From assembly GCA_002269645.1 (NCBI GenBank), contig NIVC01000991.1, positions 327,304-391,303 of the forward strand: a stretch of DNA of 64,000 nt, in the 5' to 3' direction. The position numbers were made by a program, and so were the translations under genes. The notes under the pieces were generated by a model. The model made no database searches. It was not told where the DNA came from and worked only from the letters and a program-made list of their open reading frames with translations. This DNA comes from Macrostomum lignano. Lineage: Eukaryota. Each line of letters opens with the position of its first letter. Within the stretch, counting starts at the first letter, position 1. Positions 49,001-60,673 of this stretch are shown here, piece by piece.

Positions 49001-49339
49001 GATGCGACATCGAGCTACCTCAACCCGGCTATTAGGCATGATGGTCTTTCGCTTCTTAGTCTCAACTTGTAGTCGCCAGATCTTGTCTTGATAGCGGCCG
49101 CGCTCCGTTGAATCATTTCGGAATTTAAACTTGGCCGTTAAATCAACAGTTTGAGGCGAGAGCCAATTAACGCAGCGAACGCTCGGATTGGCTGCCTGTG
49201 CCGACCAATCAGAGAGCTCCGTGGAGCGCCGTTTGGTCGATTTAACTAAAGCAACGCCTAACTGACTCGGTTGGAATTCTGGGCAGCAATCGACCGACAC
49301 GCGGTGGAAGCTGACGGTCACGTGATACTTTACGGTAGG
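46006..49339 (-). CDS. EHBP1-like paralogue a: NT-C2 + 18-aa repeat linker + CH + CaaX (CCVM), no bMERB; start exon not found
   Basis: Exons 49339-48911 (or -48885), 48776 (or 48762)-47551, 46282-46006. NT-C2: VDCCPEFQPSQL, WSAQAANP, QDKIWRLQVE, VARCRINLAEF. CH: LISWTKE..FRDGVVLCAIIHKHRPDLID..LHRLRDFF. Ends SACCVM*. Confidence 0.82.
46330..46531 (-). mobile_element. tRNA-derived SINE, 5' end truncated by a Mutator-like element
   Basis: TAGTGGTTAGAGCG (A-box) ... GGTTCGATTCTC (B-box), followed by a non-tRNA body and a simple AT-rich tail. Confidence 0.7.
46532..47475. mobile_element. Mutator/foldback-like element related to 7144-7749, with an expanded 15-bp array (CGGCAAGCAAACTTC) at about 47100-47475
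   Basis: The left end GGGAGTAAGACGTTTGCTTGCGGGAAGTTTGC resembles GGGAGCACGACGTTTGCCCGCCGGAAGTTTGC at 7144. The inverted 15-mer array is on the right. The right terminus and TSD are missing. Confidence 0.6.
48044..48530 (-). repeat. Coding 54-bp (18-aa) tandem repeat x9 (AAAEDPVAVTGLQKSLVD) in EHBP1-like a
   Basis: 54-bp period (48061 and 48115), in frame within the large exon. Confidence 0.95.
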
Positions 49340-49789
49340 CTGGAAAAGTGTATGGAAGCATGCGTGCTATAGGATCACGACAGGTGCAAGGTACAGGTGT
49401 AATTTTTTAGCACTTTAATTATAAACTGCCTATTACTTTATATCATACTATACCACTCTACTGATTATATATTAACCGGTTGTTTTAAGCGTCCAAAATC
49501 AGTCAGACAGCTCAAAATCAAATCAAATGCCAACACTTTCTAGTAATACTTGACACGCACCCTTGACAAAAAAGGAATCGTCGCATCATTGCGATCAAGC
49601 CAAACTACTATAGTGTATTGAATATGTTTAAGAGTGGAAAAGTTAAACCTGTTATACTGCAGATCTACCATAGCGCGTATATGCTAAGTTGACACAACTA
49701 TTGAAACTTGAAGTTAAAATGAATTCGAACTTGAAGACATTCAGTTATACATGTATCTACTAGTAAAGTGAATATTTCAACTGATTAAG

Positions 49790-50360
49790 CTGTAATCGTT
49801 TAAGTGTATTGGTATACAAGTGTCTATTGTTTAAGTGTGTTGGTGTCTGTCGTTTAAGTGTGTTGTTATACAGGTGTCTTTCGCTTAAGTGTGTTGTTAT
49901 ACAGGTGTCTATCGCTTAAGTGTGTTGTTATACAGGTGTCTAACGTTTAAGTGTGCTGTTATACAGGGGTCTATCGCTTAAGTGTGTTGTTATACAGGTG
50001 TCTATCGTTTAAGTGTGTTGTTATACAGGTGTCTATCGTTTAAGTGTGTTGTTATACAGGTGTCTATCGTTTAAGTGTGTTGTTATACAGGTGTCTATCG
50101 TTTAAGTGTGTTGTTATACAGGTGTCTATCGTTTAAGTGTGTTGTTATACAGGTGTCTATCGTTTAAGTGTGTTGTTATACAGGTGTCTATCGTTTAAGT
50201 GTGTTGTTATACAGGTGTCTATCGTTTAAGTGTGTTGTTATACAGGTGTCTATCGTTTAAGTGTGTTGTTATACAGGTGTCTATCGTTTAAGTGTGTTGT
50301 TATACAGGTGTCTATCGTTTAAGTGTGTTGTTATACAGGTGTCTATCGTTTAAGTGTGTT
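49790..50360. repeat. 31-bp minisatellite (GTTTAAGTGTGTTGTTATACAGGTGTCTATC)
   Basis: 31-bp period, near-identical units. Confidence 0.95.
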
Positions 50361-51189
50361 ATAGCCTAGACTGCAACAAGCTATCCTTAGAACTATTATA
50401 GTTATACTATTACCCCTATTAGCAGAGAAGAACAACAAGAAAACGATAAGATCAATAACCGAAGAGAATTAAAGTTAGCTACCTGTCAATCAATCACAAA
50501 AGGCAGAGAGAAGTAAGCAAACAGTGCGGCTAGTTATAACAACAAAAGAAACCAGCACGCAACGATAATTGAATTCCTCGAAATAAAGTATTTATTAATT
50601 AGCGCACCGTTCCACACTCACGCATCATTTTATGGTTGTATTTATGGATAAGAAAACGATAATTAAAAAGTATTATACTAGTAAATTTATGGATTTAATA
50701 GTAAATAGAAAAGGCCAGAAGACACTAGCCATATTCGCAACCATATTCAATAACTGAAGTCTATTAAATGTCAAATGTTGATATTCAACTCAACTTAACA
50801 ATGTGTGCCAGTCACAATCTTAATAGATGGAATTATTGGCAATAATAACTAATAAACTTACTACTACATACTTAAAACTGGTTTCATTTTTAAGCACAAA
50901 AACTATTGTAAAGAATGCAGTTCTCCGTTCAAACAAAAAGATAATGCACAATTGATCTTATCAGCAATATTTTAGCTTACTATAGGTATCTACACAAGTG
51001 CCCCAGAAGTTTTGCTCTCGGTTAAAGAAAACTCCTGTTTTTCGTCTACTTACTACTTTGAGGCCTATTTAGTATAAATTACCACTTTAACTTACTGTGT
51101 AGTGTAGAAGTTGACCAATGTCTAAACGGCACATTTTTATCAGTTTTATCTTAATGTAAGGCCTTTGACTGCCGCTCTAATTTTCCGGA

Positions 51190-51885
51190 GTTATGAGCTC
51201 TGCCCTCCCTGCCCGGTCAATCCTGCGCTGTACTTGGTCCATCTGCTGGCTCCTCTGGTTGTCTCCCTGCCTAAGTGTCTCTGGCTCTCATCCTGACAGT
51301 GGATTGGTGTCCTGGGTTGGATGTTTGTCCCGAATCGGGGATACCGGCTGAGTCCGGGTCCTCTTGCCCCTTGTGCCCCTTCCCGACCCCTTGGCCTGGC
51401 CTTCAATACAGAGCTGGATAGGCGATACCCTTGGGTTTGTAGCCGGTAGACGGTCTTCCTGCCTAGAGTCACGCCCTCGGAAACAAGCCTTCCAGACTCG
51501 CTCCAATAATCAAGCCATTTCCGTAGACTTCGGGGTTTCCCCGCTCTCGGACCGCTTTCAGTAATAACCCAAGCTTTTTACGCATTTCCAATTTTTTCAG
51601 CGCACTCCCGAGGACTTTGTCTGCTGGGTGGTGGCCTGGGTGGACTCGGTCTCAGCACCGTCCCTGATTCCACTTTTGGGTTGGCGGTGTCTTACCGTAG
51701 GTTTGGGTTAGCAGCACCAATACTCCATGTTCTCACCAGAGTCCTGAGCTCTGGTCCCAATCGTGGCCTCTCGGGCTACATGCCCCTGGCAGTATGGCCC
51801 ACAGTCAGATCCCTGCGGCAGAGCCCCCTTTCGGGCTGATCCGCGGTAAGCCCCTGGCTTTCCATCCCCGTTTAACAACAACAAC
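51190..51885 (+). mobile_element. Probable retroposon (SINE/LINE) fragment
   Basis: A sharply bounded GC-rich block in AT-rich DNA ending in an (AAC)4 tail. No recognisable protein motif. Orientation is inferred from the tail only. Confidence 0.35.
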
Positions 51886-52198
51886 AGACGGCACATTAAT
51901 AACAGCCTAACGACTAAGTTTGTGTGCCTGCTTAATTATAGACCAAAATATAGACTAAGTATAATGTAGACGTCAGACTTACTCTTATTAGTAGTTATGA
52001 TATTAAACGGAAAATTCTTTAACAGAAAAAACTTTACGATTCAGCTTACATAGCAATATATAGTTATAAAACGATTTTTTCAAATTCAGAAACAAATAAC
52101 GTCAAAATGACACCCAGAATATTTTCTCGAGCAACTTTAATTGATCTTCCATATCTAATATACTACTGCTACTACTGATAGTAATAATAACAGTAAAA

Positions 52199-55100
52199 CT
52201 ACTGAGGATAGGCCTCAACCAGCATAGCGTGTCCCTGACCGCCAGCAGCGCACGCCGCAACCAAAGCTAACTGGCCGCTGCCCTTCAACAGGCGATTAGC
52301 TGCGCACGTGACCAAGCGTACGCCAGTAGCTCCGAACGGGTGCCCAATAGACAGACTGCCGCCCCAGCAGTTCAATTTGTCCATAGGCGGAGCGCCATAC
52401 TTGCCAGCCTGCCTGCCCATGTATTGCTTAGCAAAATAGTCCGAATCCAAAGCGGCTAAATTAGCCAATATCTGACCAGCGAATGCTTCGTGATATTCGA
52501 AAGCGTCAATATCTGCCAGGCTCAGACCGTTGCGCTCTAGAATACGCGGCGTCGCATAGGCAGGCCCTAGCAACAGTTGATCTTTCGGGTCCTGGCTAAC
52601 GTACATGAAATCGCGCAGGTAAGCTTTCGGCTTCAAGCCGAGTCGTTTGGCCGTCTCCTCGGTGGTTAGAAGGCAGGCCGAGGCTCCATCAGTGAGGAAG
52701 CTGGCATTGGCAGCTGTGATGGTGCCGTGAGGCTTGACAAAGGCCGGTTTGAGCTTGCTCATCGCTTCCATGCTGCTAGGACGGACGCCATTGTCGCGGG
52801 AGACGGTGTTAGCGACTCCGGGCACCTGCGTGAATGCAAATTAACTAGCGATTTAGAAACCTGTGGATTTTCTGCAGTTCCACAGCATGACAGACTGTCA
52901 GGAACTTCAAAACGATGATTGAACTTCAGTGTAATGTAACTTCTAAAGATTGTGGTACGTGATTAGACTGACAGACCGTCGGGAACTTCAACACGATGAT
53001 TGTACTTCAAAAGATTGTGGTACGTGATCAGACTGGCAGACCGTCGGGAACTTCAACACGATGATTGTACTTCAAAATATTGTGGTACGTGATCAGACTG
53101 GCAGACCGTCGGGAACTTCAACACGATGATTGTACTTCAAAAGATTGTGGTACGTGATCAGACTGGCAGACCGTCGGGAACTTCAAAACGATTATTGAAC
53201 TTCAGTGTTATGTAACTTCTAAAGATTGTGGTGCGTGATTAGACTGACAGACCGTCGGGAACTTCAACACGATGATTGAACTTCAGTGTTATGTAACTTC
53301 TAAATATTGTGGTACATGATTAGACTGGCAGACCGTCGGGAACTTCAACACGATGATTGAACTTCAGCGTAATGTAACTTCTAAAGATTGTGGTACGTGA
53401 TTAGACTGACAGACCGTCGGGAACTTCAACACGATGATTGAAGAACTTCAGTCTAAACGGCTTCAACACAATGATTGAAACCTTCTGTAGATTTTAGCAC
53501 ATCAAGAGCGTGATCAAGAGCACACCTACAAGACCTTCAACACGATGATTGAAGATCATTGATTCGGAACTGACATTTTCTGTAGATTTAGTTTACAGGA
53601 TGATTAATCCGAACTTTAAATAAACAATGATTCATCGAGTGGAAATGTAAACAAAACAATCAAAGCAAACCTTGAACGGCTCAATTTCGGTCAGTAGGCC
53701 ATCCTTAGCGGCCTGAGCTGCCAATGTGTGACTGCGAAGCGCGAATTCATCCTGAGCCCGACGGCTGATGCCGAACGCTGCGCACAAGCGGTCAGCTGAA
53801 TGGCCCATAGTCTCGTTAGTAGAGAATTCCGCCACGGCTGGCAGTTCAACTCCGCCAGTTAGGGAGCCAAGAATTCTGCCTCCAACTGACAGCTGGTCTG
53901 GCAGACTCTTGGCTTTGCGCATGGATAGCAGGTGGCTGCGTGTGTTCCTGGATTGAGGGGTGGGTGGATGGCATGATTAGAGACCTATGTGCTGATATGC
54001 TAGCATGATTAGAGACCTGTGTGTGCTGCTAGCATGATTGGAGACTGTGTGTGCTACTAGCATGATTAGAGACCTGTGTGCTGATATGCTAGCATGATCA
54101 GAGACCTGTGTGTGCTGATATGCTAGCATGATTAGAGACCTGTGTGTGCTGCTAGCATGATTAGAGACCTGTGTGTGCTGCTAGCATGATTAGAGACCTG
54201 TGTGTGCTGATATGCTAGCATGATTAGAGACCTGTGTGTGCTGCTAGCATGATTAGAGACCTGTGTGTGCTGCTAGCATGATTAGAGACCTGTGTGTGCT
54301 GATATGCTAGCATGATTAGAGACCTGTGTGCTGATATGCTAGCATGATTAGAGACTGTGTGCTGATATGCTAGCATTATTAGAGACCTGTGTGCTGATAT
54401 GCTAGCATGATTAGAGACTGTGTGCTAATATGCTAGCATTATTAGAGACCTGTGTGCTGATATGCTAGCATGATTAGAGACTGTGTGCTGATATGCTAGC
54501 ATGATTAGAGACCTGTGTGTGCTGCTAGCATGATTAGAGACTGTGTGCTGATATGCTAGCATTATTAGAGACCTGTGTGCTGATATGCTAGCATGATTAG
54601 AGACCTGTGTGCTGATATGCTAGCATGATTAGAGACCTGTGTGTGCTGCTAGCATGATTGGAGACTGTGTGTGCTGCTAGCATGATTAGAGACCTGTGTG
54701 CTGATATGCTAGCATGATTAGAGACCTGTGTGCTGATATGCTAGCATGATTAGAGACCTGTGTGCTGATATGCTAGCATGATTAGAGACCTGTGTGTGCT
54801 GCTAGCATGATTGGAGACTGTGTGTGCTGCTAGCATGATTAGAGACCTGTGTGCTGATATGCTAGCATGATTAGAGACCTGTGTGTGCTGCTAGCATGAT
54901 TAGAGACCTGTGTGTGCTGCTAGCATGATTAGAGACCTGTGTGTGCTGATATGCTAGCATGATTAGAGACCTGTGTGTGCTGATATGCTAGCATGATTAG
55001 AGACTGTGTGTGCTGATATGCTAGCATGATTAGAGACCTGTGTGCTGATATGCTAGCATGATCAGAGACCTGTGTCTGCTGATATGCTAGCATGATTAGA

Positions 55101-56463
55101 GACATGTGTGTGCTGCTAGCATGATTAGAGACCTGTGTGTGCTGATATGCTAGCATGATTAGAGACCTGTATGTGCTGCTAGCATGATTAGAGACCTGTG
55201 TGTGCTGATATGCTAGCATGATTAGAGACCTGTGTGTGCTGATATGCTAGCATGATTAGAGACCTGTGTGTGCTGATATGCTAGCATGATTAGAGACCTG
55301 TGTGTGCTGATATGCTAGCATGATTAGAGACCTGTGTGTGCTGCTATGGGTAGCATGATTAGAGACCTGTGTGTGCTGATATGCTAGCATGATTAGAGAC
55401 CTGTGTGTGCTGATATGGGTAGCATGATTAGAGACCTGTGTGTACTGATATGGGTAGCATGATCAGAGACCTGTGTGTGCTGATATGGGTAGCATGATTA
55501 GAGACCTGTGTGTGCTGATATGCTAGCATGATTAGAGACCTGTGTGTACTGATATGGGTAGCATGATTAGAGACCTGTGTGTGCTGATATGCTAGCATGA
55601 TCAGAGACCTGTGTGTGCTGATATGGGTAGCATGATTAGAGACCTGTGTGTGCTGATATGCTAGCATGATTAGAGACCTGTGTGTACTGATATGGGTAGC
55701 ATGATTAGAGACCTGGGTGCTGATATGCTAGCATGATTAGAGACCTGTGTGCTGATATGGCTAGCATGATTAGAGACCTGTGTGTGCTGATATGGGTAGC
55801 ATGATTAGAGACCTGGGTGTACTGATATGGGTAGCATGATTAGAGACCTGGGTGCTGATATGCTAGCATGATTAGAGACCTGTGTGTGCTGATATGGGTA
55901 GCATGATGGGTAGCATGACACAAAAAATACCTGTTCAATCGAATTGGCACATCGGACATGAACTCCACACCGCCAGCAATGCATACTTGAGCAGCCCCGG
56001 TTGCTAGCAAGCCCATACAGGTGGTGATAGCCTGATTAGACGAGATGCAAGCTTGAGTAACCGTATGAGCCGGAATCCGGTCAGAGTAGCCGGCGCCCAG
56101 AGCCGCCTCCCTAGCAATGTTACTAGTCTTAACCTCTTGAATAACCGTGCCCATAACAATGTAGTCAACAATGGACTTATCCAGCTTAGTCCTATTAGCC
56201 AGAGTCAGTAGGGAGTGCCTAGCCAAATCGTGCGGCATCAAACGCTTATAATCGGTGCCGCTCTGCAGAAACGGAGTCCGGACGCCTTCAACTAGAACTA
56301 TGTTGGGCCGGTCCGGTTTAGCTAAGCTGCGTCGCTTTGAATCGGCGGGTTTCGCGGCAGCCGGAGCCGCGGACAACAGGCGGACAGACTGTCGGTGCTG
56401 CTGTTGCAGCAGAAATCGACCAGAAGAGGCGATAGGCGCGTTTAAATTTAGAGAGCGAAGCAT
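52199..56463 (-). CDS. HADHB: Mitochondrial trifunctional enzyme subunit beta (3-ketoacyl-CoA thiolase), about 478 aa
   Basis: Exons 56463-55931, 53947-53671, 52825-52199. Basic/hydroxylated N-terminal presequence. Motifs [86 protein letters not shown]. Confidence 0.96.
52885..53450. repeat. ~57-75-bp tandem repeat (GACTGACAGACCGTCGGGAACTTCAACACGATGATTG...)
   Basis: About 9 units in HADHB intron 2. Confidence 0.88.
53968..55915. repeat. ~30-34-bp minisatellite (GCATGATTAGAGACCTGTGTGTGCTGATATGCTA)
   Basis: Occupies nearly the whole of HADHB intron 1, ending within about 20 nt of both splice sites. Confidence 0.96.
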
Positions 56464-56654
56464 TGTGTGTTGCGTATGGTTTGCGGTTCGACTTTAAAGG
56501 ATTATAAATTCACATAAATAGACAGTAGCATTAAATATTGCGCGATAAAAAATTAAAACTAAATTTAAGCACTGTTTCAAAACTTTTCTGACTTCAAAAT
56601 AAAAAGGCGACTCTGTCAATCAACACCCCTCGACTTTGTCTTACTCTTCTACTC

Positions 56655-57600
56655 CGTCAGTGACTGTCTGTAAGTAACCCCCCGACTGTCAGTGACCCTC
56701 TGTCTGTAAGTAACCCCCCGACTGTCAGTGACCCTCTGTCTGTAAGTAACCCCCCGACTGTCAGTGACCCTCTGTCTGTAAGTAACCCCCCGACTGTCAG
56801 TGACCCTCTGTCTGTAAGTAACCCCCCGACTGTCAGTGACCCTCTGTCTGTAAGTAACCCCCCGACTGTCAGTGACCCTCTGTCTGTAAGTAACCCCCGA
56901 CTGTCAGTGACCCTCTGTCTGTAAGTAACCCCGACTGTCAGTGACCCTCTGTCTGTAAGTAACCCCGACTGTCAGTGACCCTGTCTGTGAGTAACCCCCC
57001 CGACTGTAAGTGACCCTGTCTGTAAGTAACCCCCGACTGTCAGTGACCCTCTGTCTGTAAGTAACCCCCGACTGTCAGTGACCCTCTGTCTCTGTCAGTG
57101 ACTCTGTCTCTGTCAGTGACCCTCTGTCTTTGTCAGTGACCCTCTATCTTTGTCAGTGACCCCCTATCTTTGTCAGTGACCCTCTGTCTGCCAGTGACCT
57201 CTGTCTCTGTCAGTGACCCTCCGACTGTCAGTGACCCTCTGTCTCTGTCAGTGACCCTACGACTGTCAGTGACCCTCTGTCTGTCAGTGACCTTTGTCTC
57301 TGTCAGTGACCCTGTCTGTCAGTGACCTGTCTCTGTCAGTGACCCTCCGACTGTCAGTGACCCTCTGTCTCTGTCAGTAACCCTCCGACTGTCAGTGACC
57401 CTACGACTGTCAGTGACCCTCTGTCTGTCAGTGACCTTCTGTCTCCTTCAGTGACCCTGTCTGTCAGTGACCCTCTGTCTGTCAGTGACCTTCTGTCTCC
57501 TTCAGTGACCCTCTGTCTGTCAGTGACCTTTGTCTCTGTCAGTGACCCTCTGTCTGTCAGTGACCTCTGTCTCTGTCAGTGACCCTCCGACTGTCAGTGA
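56655..57600. repeat. ~37-bp then ~20-bp minisatellite with CTGTCAGTGACCCT core
   Basis: Tandem units between KDELR and HADHB. Confidence 0.92.
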
Positions 57601-58222
57601 CCCTCTGTCTCTGTCAGTGACCCTCTGTCTCTGTCAGTGACCCTCTGTCTGTCAGTGACCCACTAAGTCACTAAATTCTCTAAAAAATCAATAAAACTAC
57701 AGCAGAATAAAGAATGTTTTAAAAAAGACACGCTGCAAACTGAAAATAAAATGACCTGAATTTTCCATTAGTATAATCAATAAAAATCAGTATCAAAAAC
57801 ACTACAAAATGACAGATAAAATAGCAAACATCAATAAATATGAAAGGCATTTTTGGTATGCTAATTTTTATTGCACAATGTCAACGCATTGGGAAGTTGC
57901 CGAATTAAATAGCAGTGAACAACAGGTAAAAAAATTAAAACATGTTAAATGAAAATATCGCAATACAGAATTAAAAATTAATTAAGCTATAGTGAATTGA
58001 TCACCTCTCATGGATAAATTAAAAAATCAAGATTGAAATTCTTTTATTAAATTAATCAATAACTACTGAATGGAAGACAAAAAATCTACTTTCAAACCGA
58101 TGCGTCGACTTTACGGAAGTTTTATAAGCAAAACACGACTGATGAATATTGACTAAAAACTGGCAGGTACAAATATGCTACTTTTAATTTAGTAGTATCA
58201 TCATTATTCCCTATATTGTTTT

Positions 58223-58861
58223 CTAAGCTGGCAGACTAATCTTTCGACCGCTAAGCACTTTAGTAACGTACAAATAGAAGAAGTCGGCATACAGGCAGGT
58301 CTGCAAACAGCCAGACAATACAACAATCAAATCCAAGTAGCCTTCGGCAAAGTATCGATAGATCCAATTGAAAACATACAAGCCCCGGTAGGCACCCAGA
58401 GCGAATAGGTAATGCGACGTGATGGTCTCAGCTTCGCCAGTCTTTGTAATGAGAAACAGCTGCGGCAGAATGGCCACAGACTCCAAATAGATACTAAAAG
58501 TCCAAAGCACCTCCAAGAATGAGAACTCGTGATTAGCTACTAACGCCAGTAGTGCAGCCGGGGCGATCAGGAATTTCAATTCAAAAGTGTCGTGATTAGA
58601 ATCGTAACTGGATTTAAATCGTCCATACATCATGAATACAGTAGCAATGCTGGACGATATAAAGAACATCTTCATCAAGGTGTTGTACAGGCTGACGAAG
58701 GAGGTGAACATATCCAAATAGCGGGTGAGAAACACTAAACAGAAGCAGACTTGCGACTTTCCTGAAATGCCAGAGACTGAACGGGAAGTCCAGATCTTGT
58801 GCAAAAGCAGCACAATACCCGCAAGGTGGGACATGTCGCCCAATAAACGGAATATGTTCAT
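58223..58861 (-). CDS. KDELR: ER lumen protein-retaining (KDEL/HDEL) receptor, 212 aa, intron-free CDS
   Basis: [13 protein letters not shown] start at 58861, [64 protein letters not shown]. 639 nt without interruption. Confidence 0.96.
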   Translation of the reverse strand: MNIFRLLGDMSHLAGIVLLLHKIWTSRSVSGISGKSQVCFCLVFLTRYLDMFTSFVSLYNTLMKMFFISSSIATVFMMYGRFKSSYDSNHDTFELKFLIAPAALLALVANHEFSFLEVLWTFSIYLESVAILPQLFLITKTGEAETITSHYLFALGAYRGLYVFNWIYRYFAEGYLDLIVVLSGCLQTCLYADFFYLYVTKVLSGRKISLPA

Positions 58862-60673
58862 GATTGGAAGATTTATCTGATGCCAAACACTAGCAGAAGA
58901 GGAAATTGACAATTTGGTTATGAGTTACAGGAGTTACCGACTAGTTAGAGAGCCAGTCTTATGACTAGCCCCTGACTAACTAACAAATAACAAATGACAT
59001 GCTACAAAACTATTTTAAGACATTTAAACAATGTATTATATAGTATTATATAAGATTCTACTAGTCATGTTAAATATATAATATTAAAACATGAATTATT
59101 TAGAAAAAATTCAATACTTTAAGCATAATAATATTATAAAAACAAATAGACCACTGTTGCAAGTTTGTAATAATTATAACATTAGAAAAAGAACATTCTT
59201 ACAGAAAGGCTTATAATATAAAACAATAGAACTTTAATGCCATACCTACCTAGCATACCATATGAGTAGAATGTCATTGAGGAACAAACTGATTATTATC
59301 ACTATATAAATTTCAAAATTATATTTATTAATAGTAGAAGTACCAATTTTCCTTATTTTGGAAGTTTTTTTAGCTAGGTTTTAATTTCTTGGACTATCAA
59401 TCATTACTTGGAGCATAGAGCATAAAAACTTAAAGACATGATTGAACTATTTGTTATAACAATTCTAAAACAATATAATCAAATCACTGTCTTTCTAGAC
59501 TATACTAAAAGATTAGTTTTAAAAAGTTAATAGAATAAAGCTAGCTATTTATAATATTATCTTGTACTTTCAACAGCAAATATTATTTTACCATTCTTTA
59601 CATATGTTCCTCATTGGTTTTTTGTAATGTTTTGCATATTTAACTTAGCTTAGTTTTACAAAAAAACATAAATAATATAATTAGTTTTTCTTGAACTAAA
59701 CATAAGGCAGCTTTTTATTTCTTTATTATTTACTTAAAAGCTACACAAGAATTCTATTTTTTAATCTAAAAAATCTTATTTTTGTTATATTATTGTCTAG
59801 ATACTAATACTTTGCTTCTACTTAGTCTTAAACAATAATGGCTATAGCTACTTTATATTTTATTTTAAAACTTTATTTTGCTTGCAGGGCTGCATATTTT
59901 TTTGTTTTTGTTGTTGTTGTTAAAGCTACAAATTAGTCCTATATCATTATTTACAAATAAAAAGTAGTGAATTAACTCTAGGTTTATTTATCTTAATCTT
60001 TAGTAATAATCCTATTGGTGTTTTTATTTAAGAATGATAAAGGCGTTTGCAAAATAGTTCTAATGATTAAAATTAAATGCTTTTAATTCTTAAGTTTTAA
60101 TAACTTGAAGTAAATATTATCATGTATATCAAGAGTTGAATAAACCCTACTACTAGTAAGTCTAAAAAACAAAGCAAACATTAAAAAATAAAGAAAGTAA
60201 GAATTTTGTCAAAATTTTATATAGACTTATAATCCTTATAATCCTATAGGCCTACTAGGCCCTATACAAAATAAAAGGTTAGTTATATTAATAAAAATAC
60301 AGGTTATTTTTACTAGTATTTCCTTGGGCTTCGTTACATATTTTAATAATGATCAATGTTACTTTTTTTATTTTTTAAATAAACCCTCCCCTTAGCTCCC
60401 CATTTCAGAAAATATTTTAAGTAGACCTAAAAAGGTGGTAATCTTTTACCATTATTATCTTAATGAACTTACTTTAAAACATGTTAGAATATTAGAGTTT
60501 ACTATATTCATTTTTTTAAAAAGCCTATGCCAATGGGCACTGGGAGTCTAGGTCTAATTTTTATAAATGTCAAATTTTAGAAAGCCTATTGAATTAATAG
60601 ATAATAAATGATTATAGGTCTCTATTACTTATTATTGAAGACAAGTCCCTATGGCTTCTAGTCAATCTGGCAA

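Noticed and set aside
37081-49339. Single obligatory gene with three NT-C2/CH modules
   Set aside because: Modules a and b each end in an in-frame CaaX-stop, b has its own ATG and poly(A) signal, and no phase-compatible strong donor links a to b. Only b-to-c read-through remains plausible.
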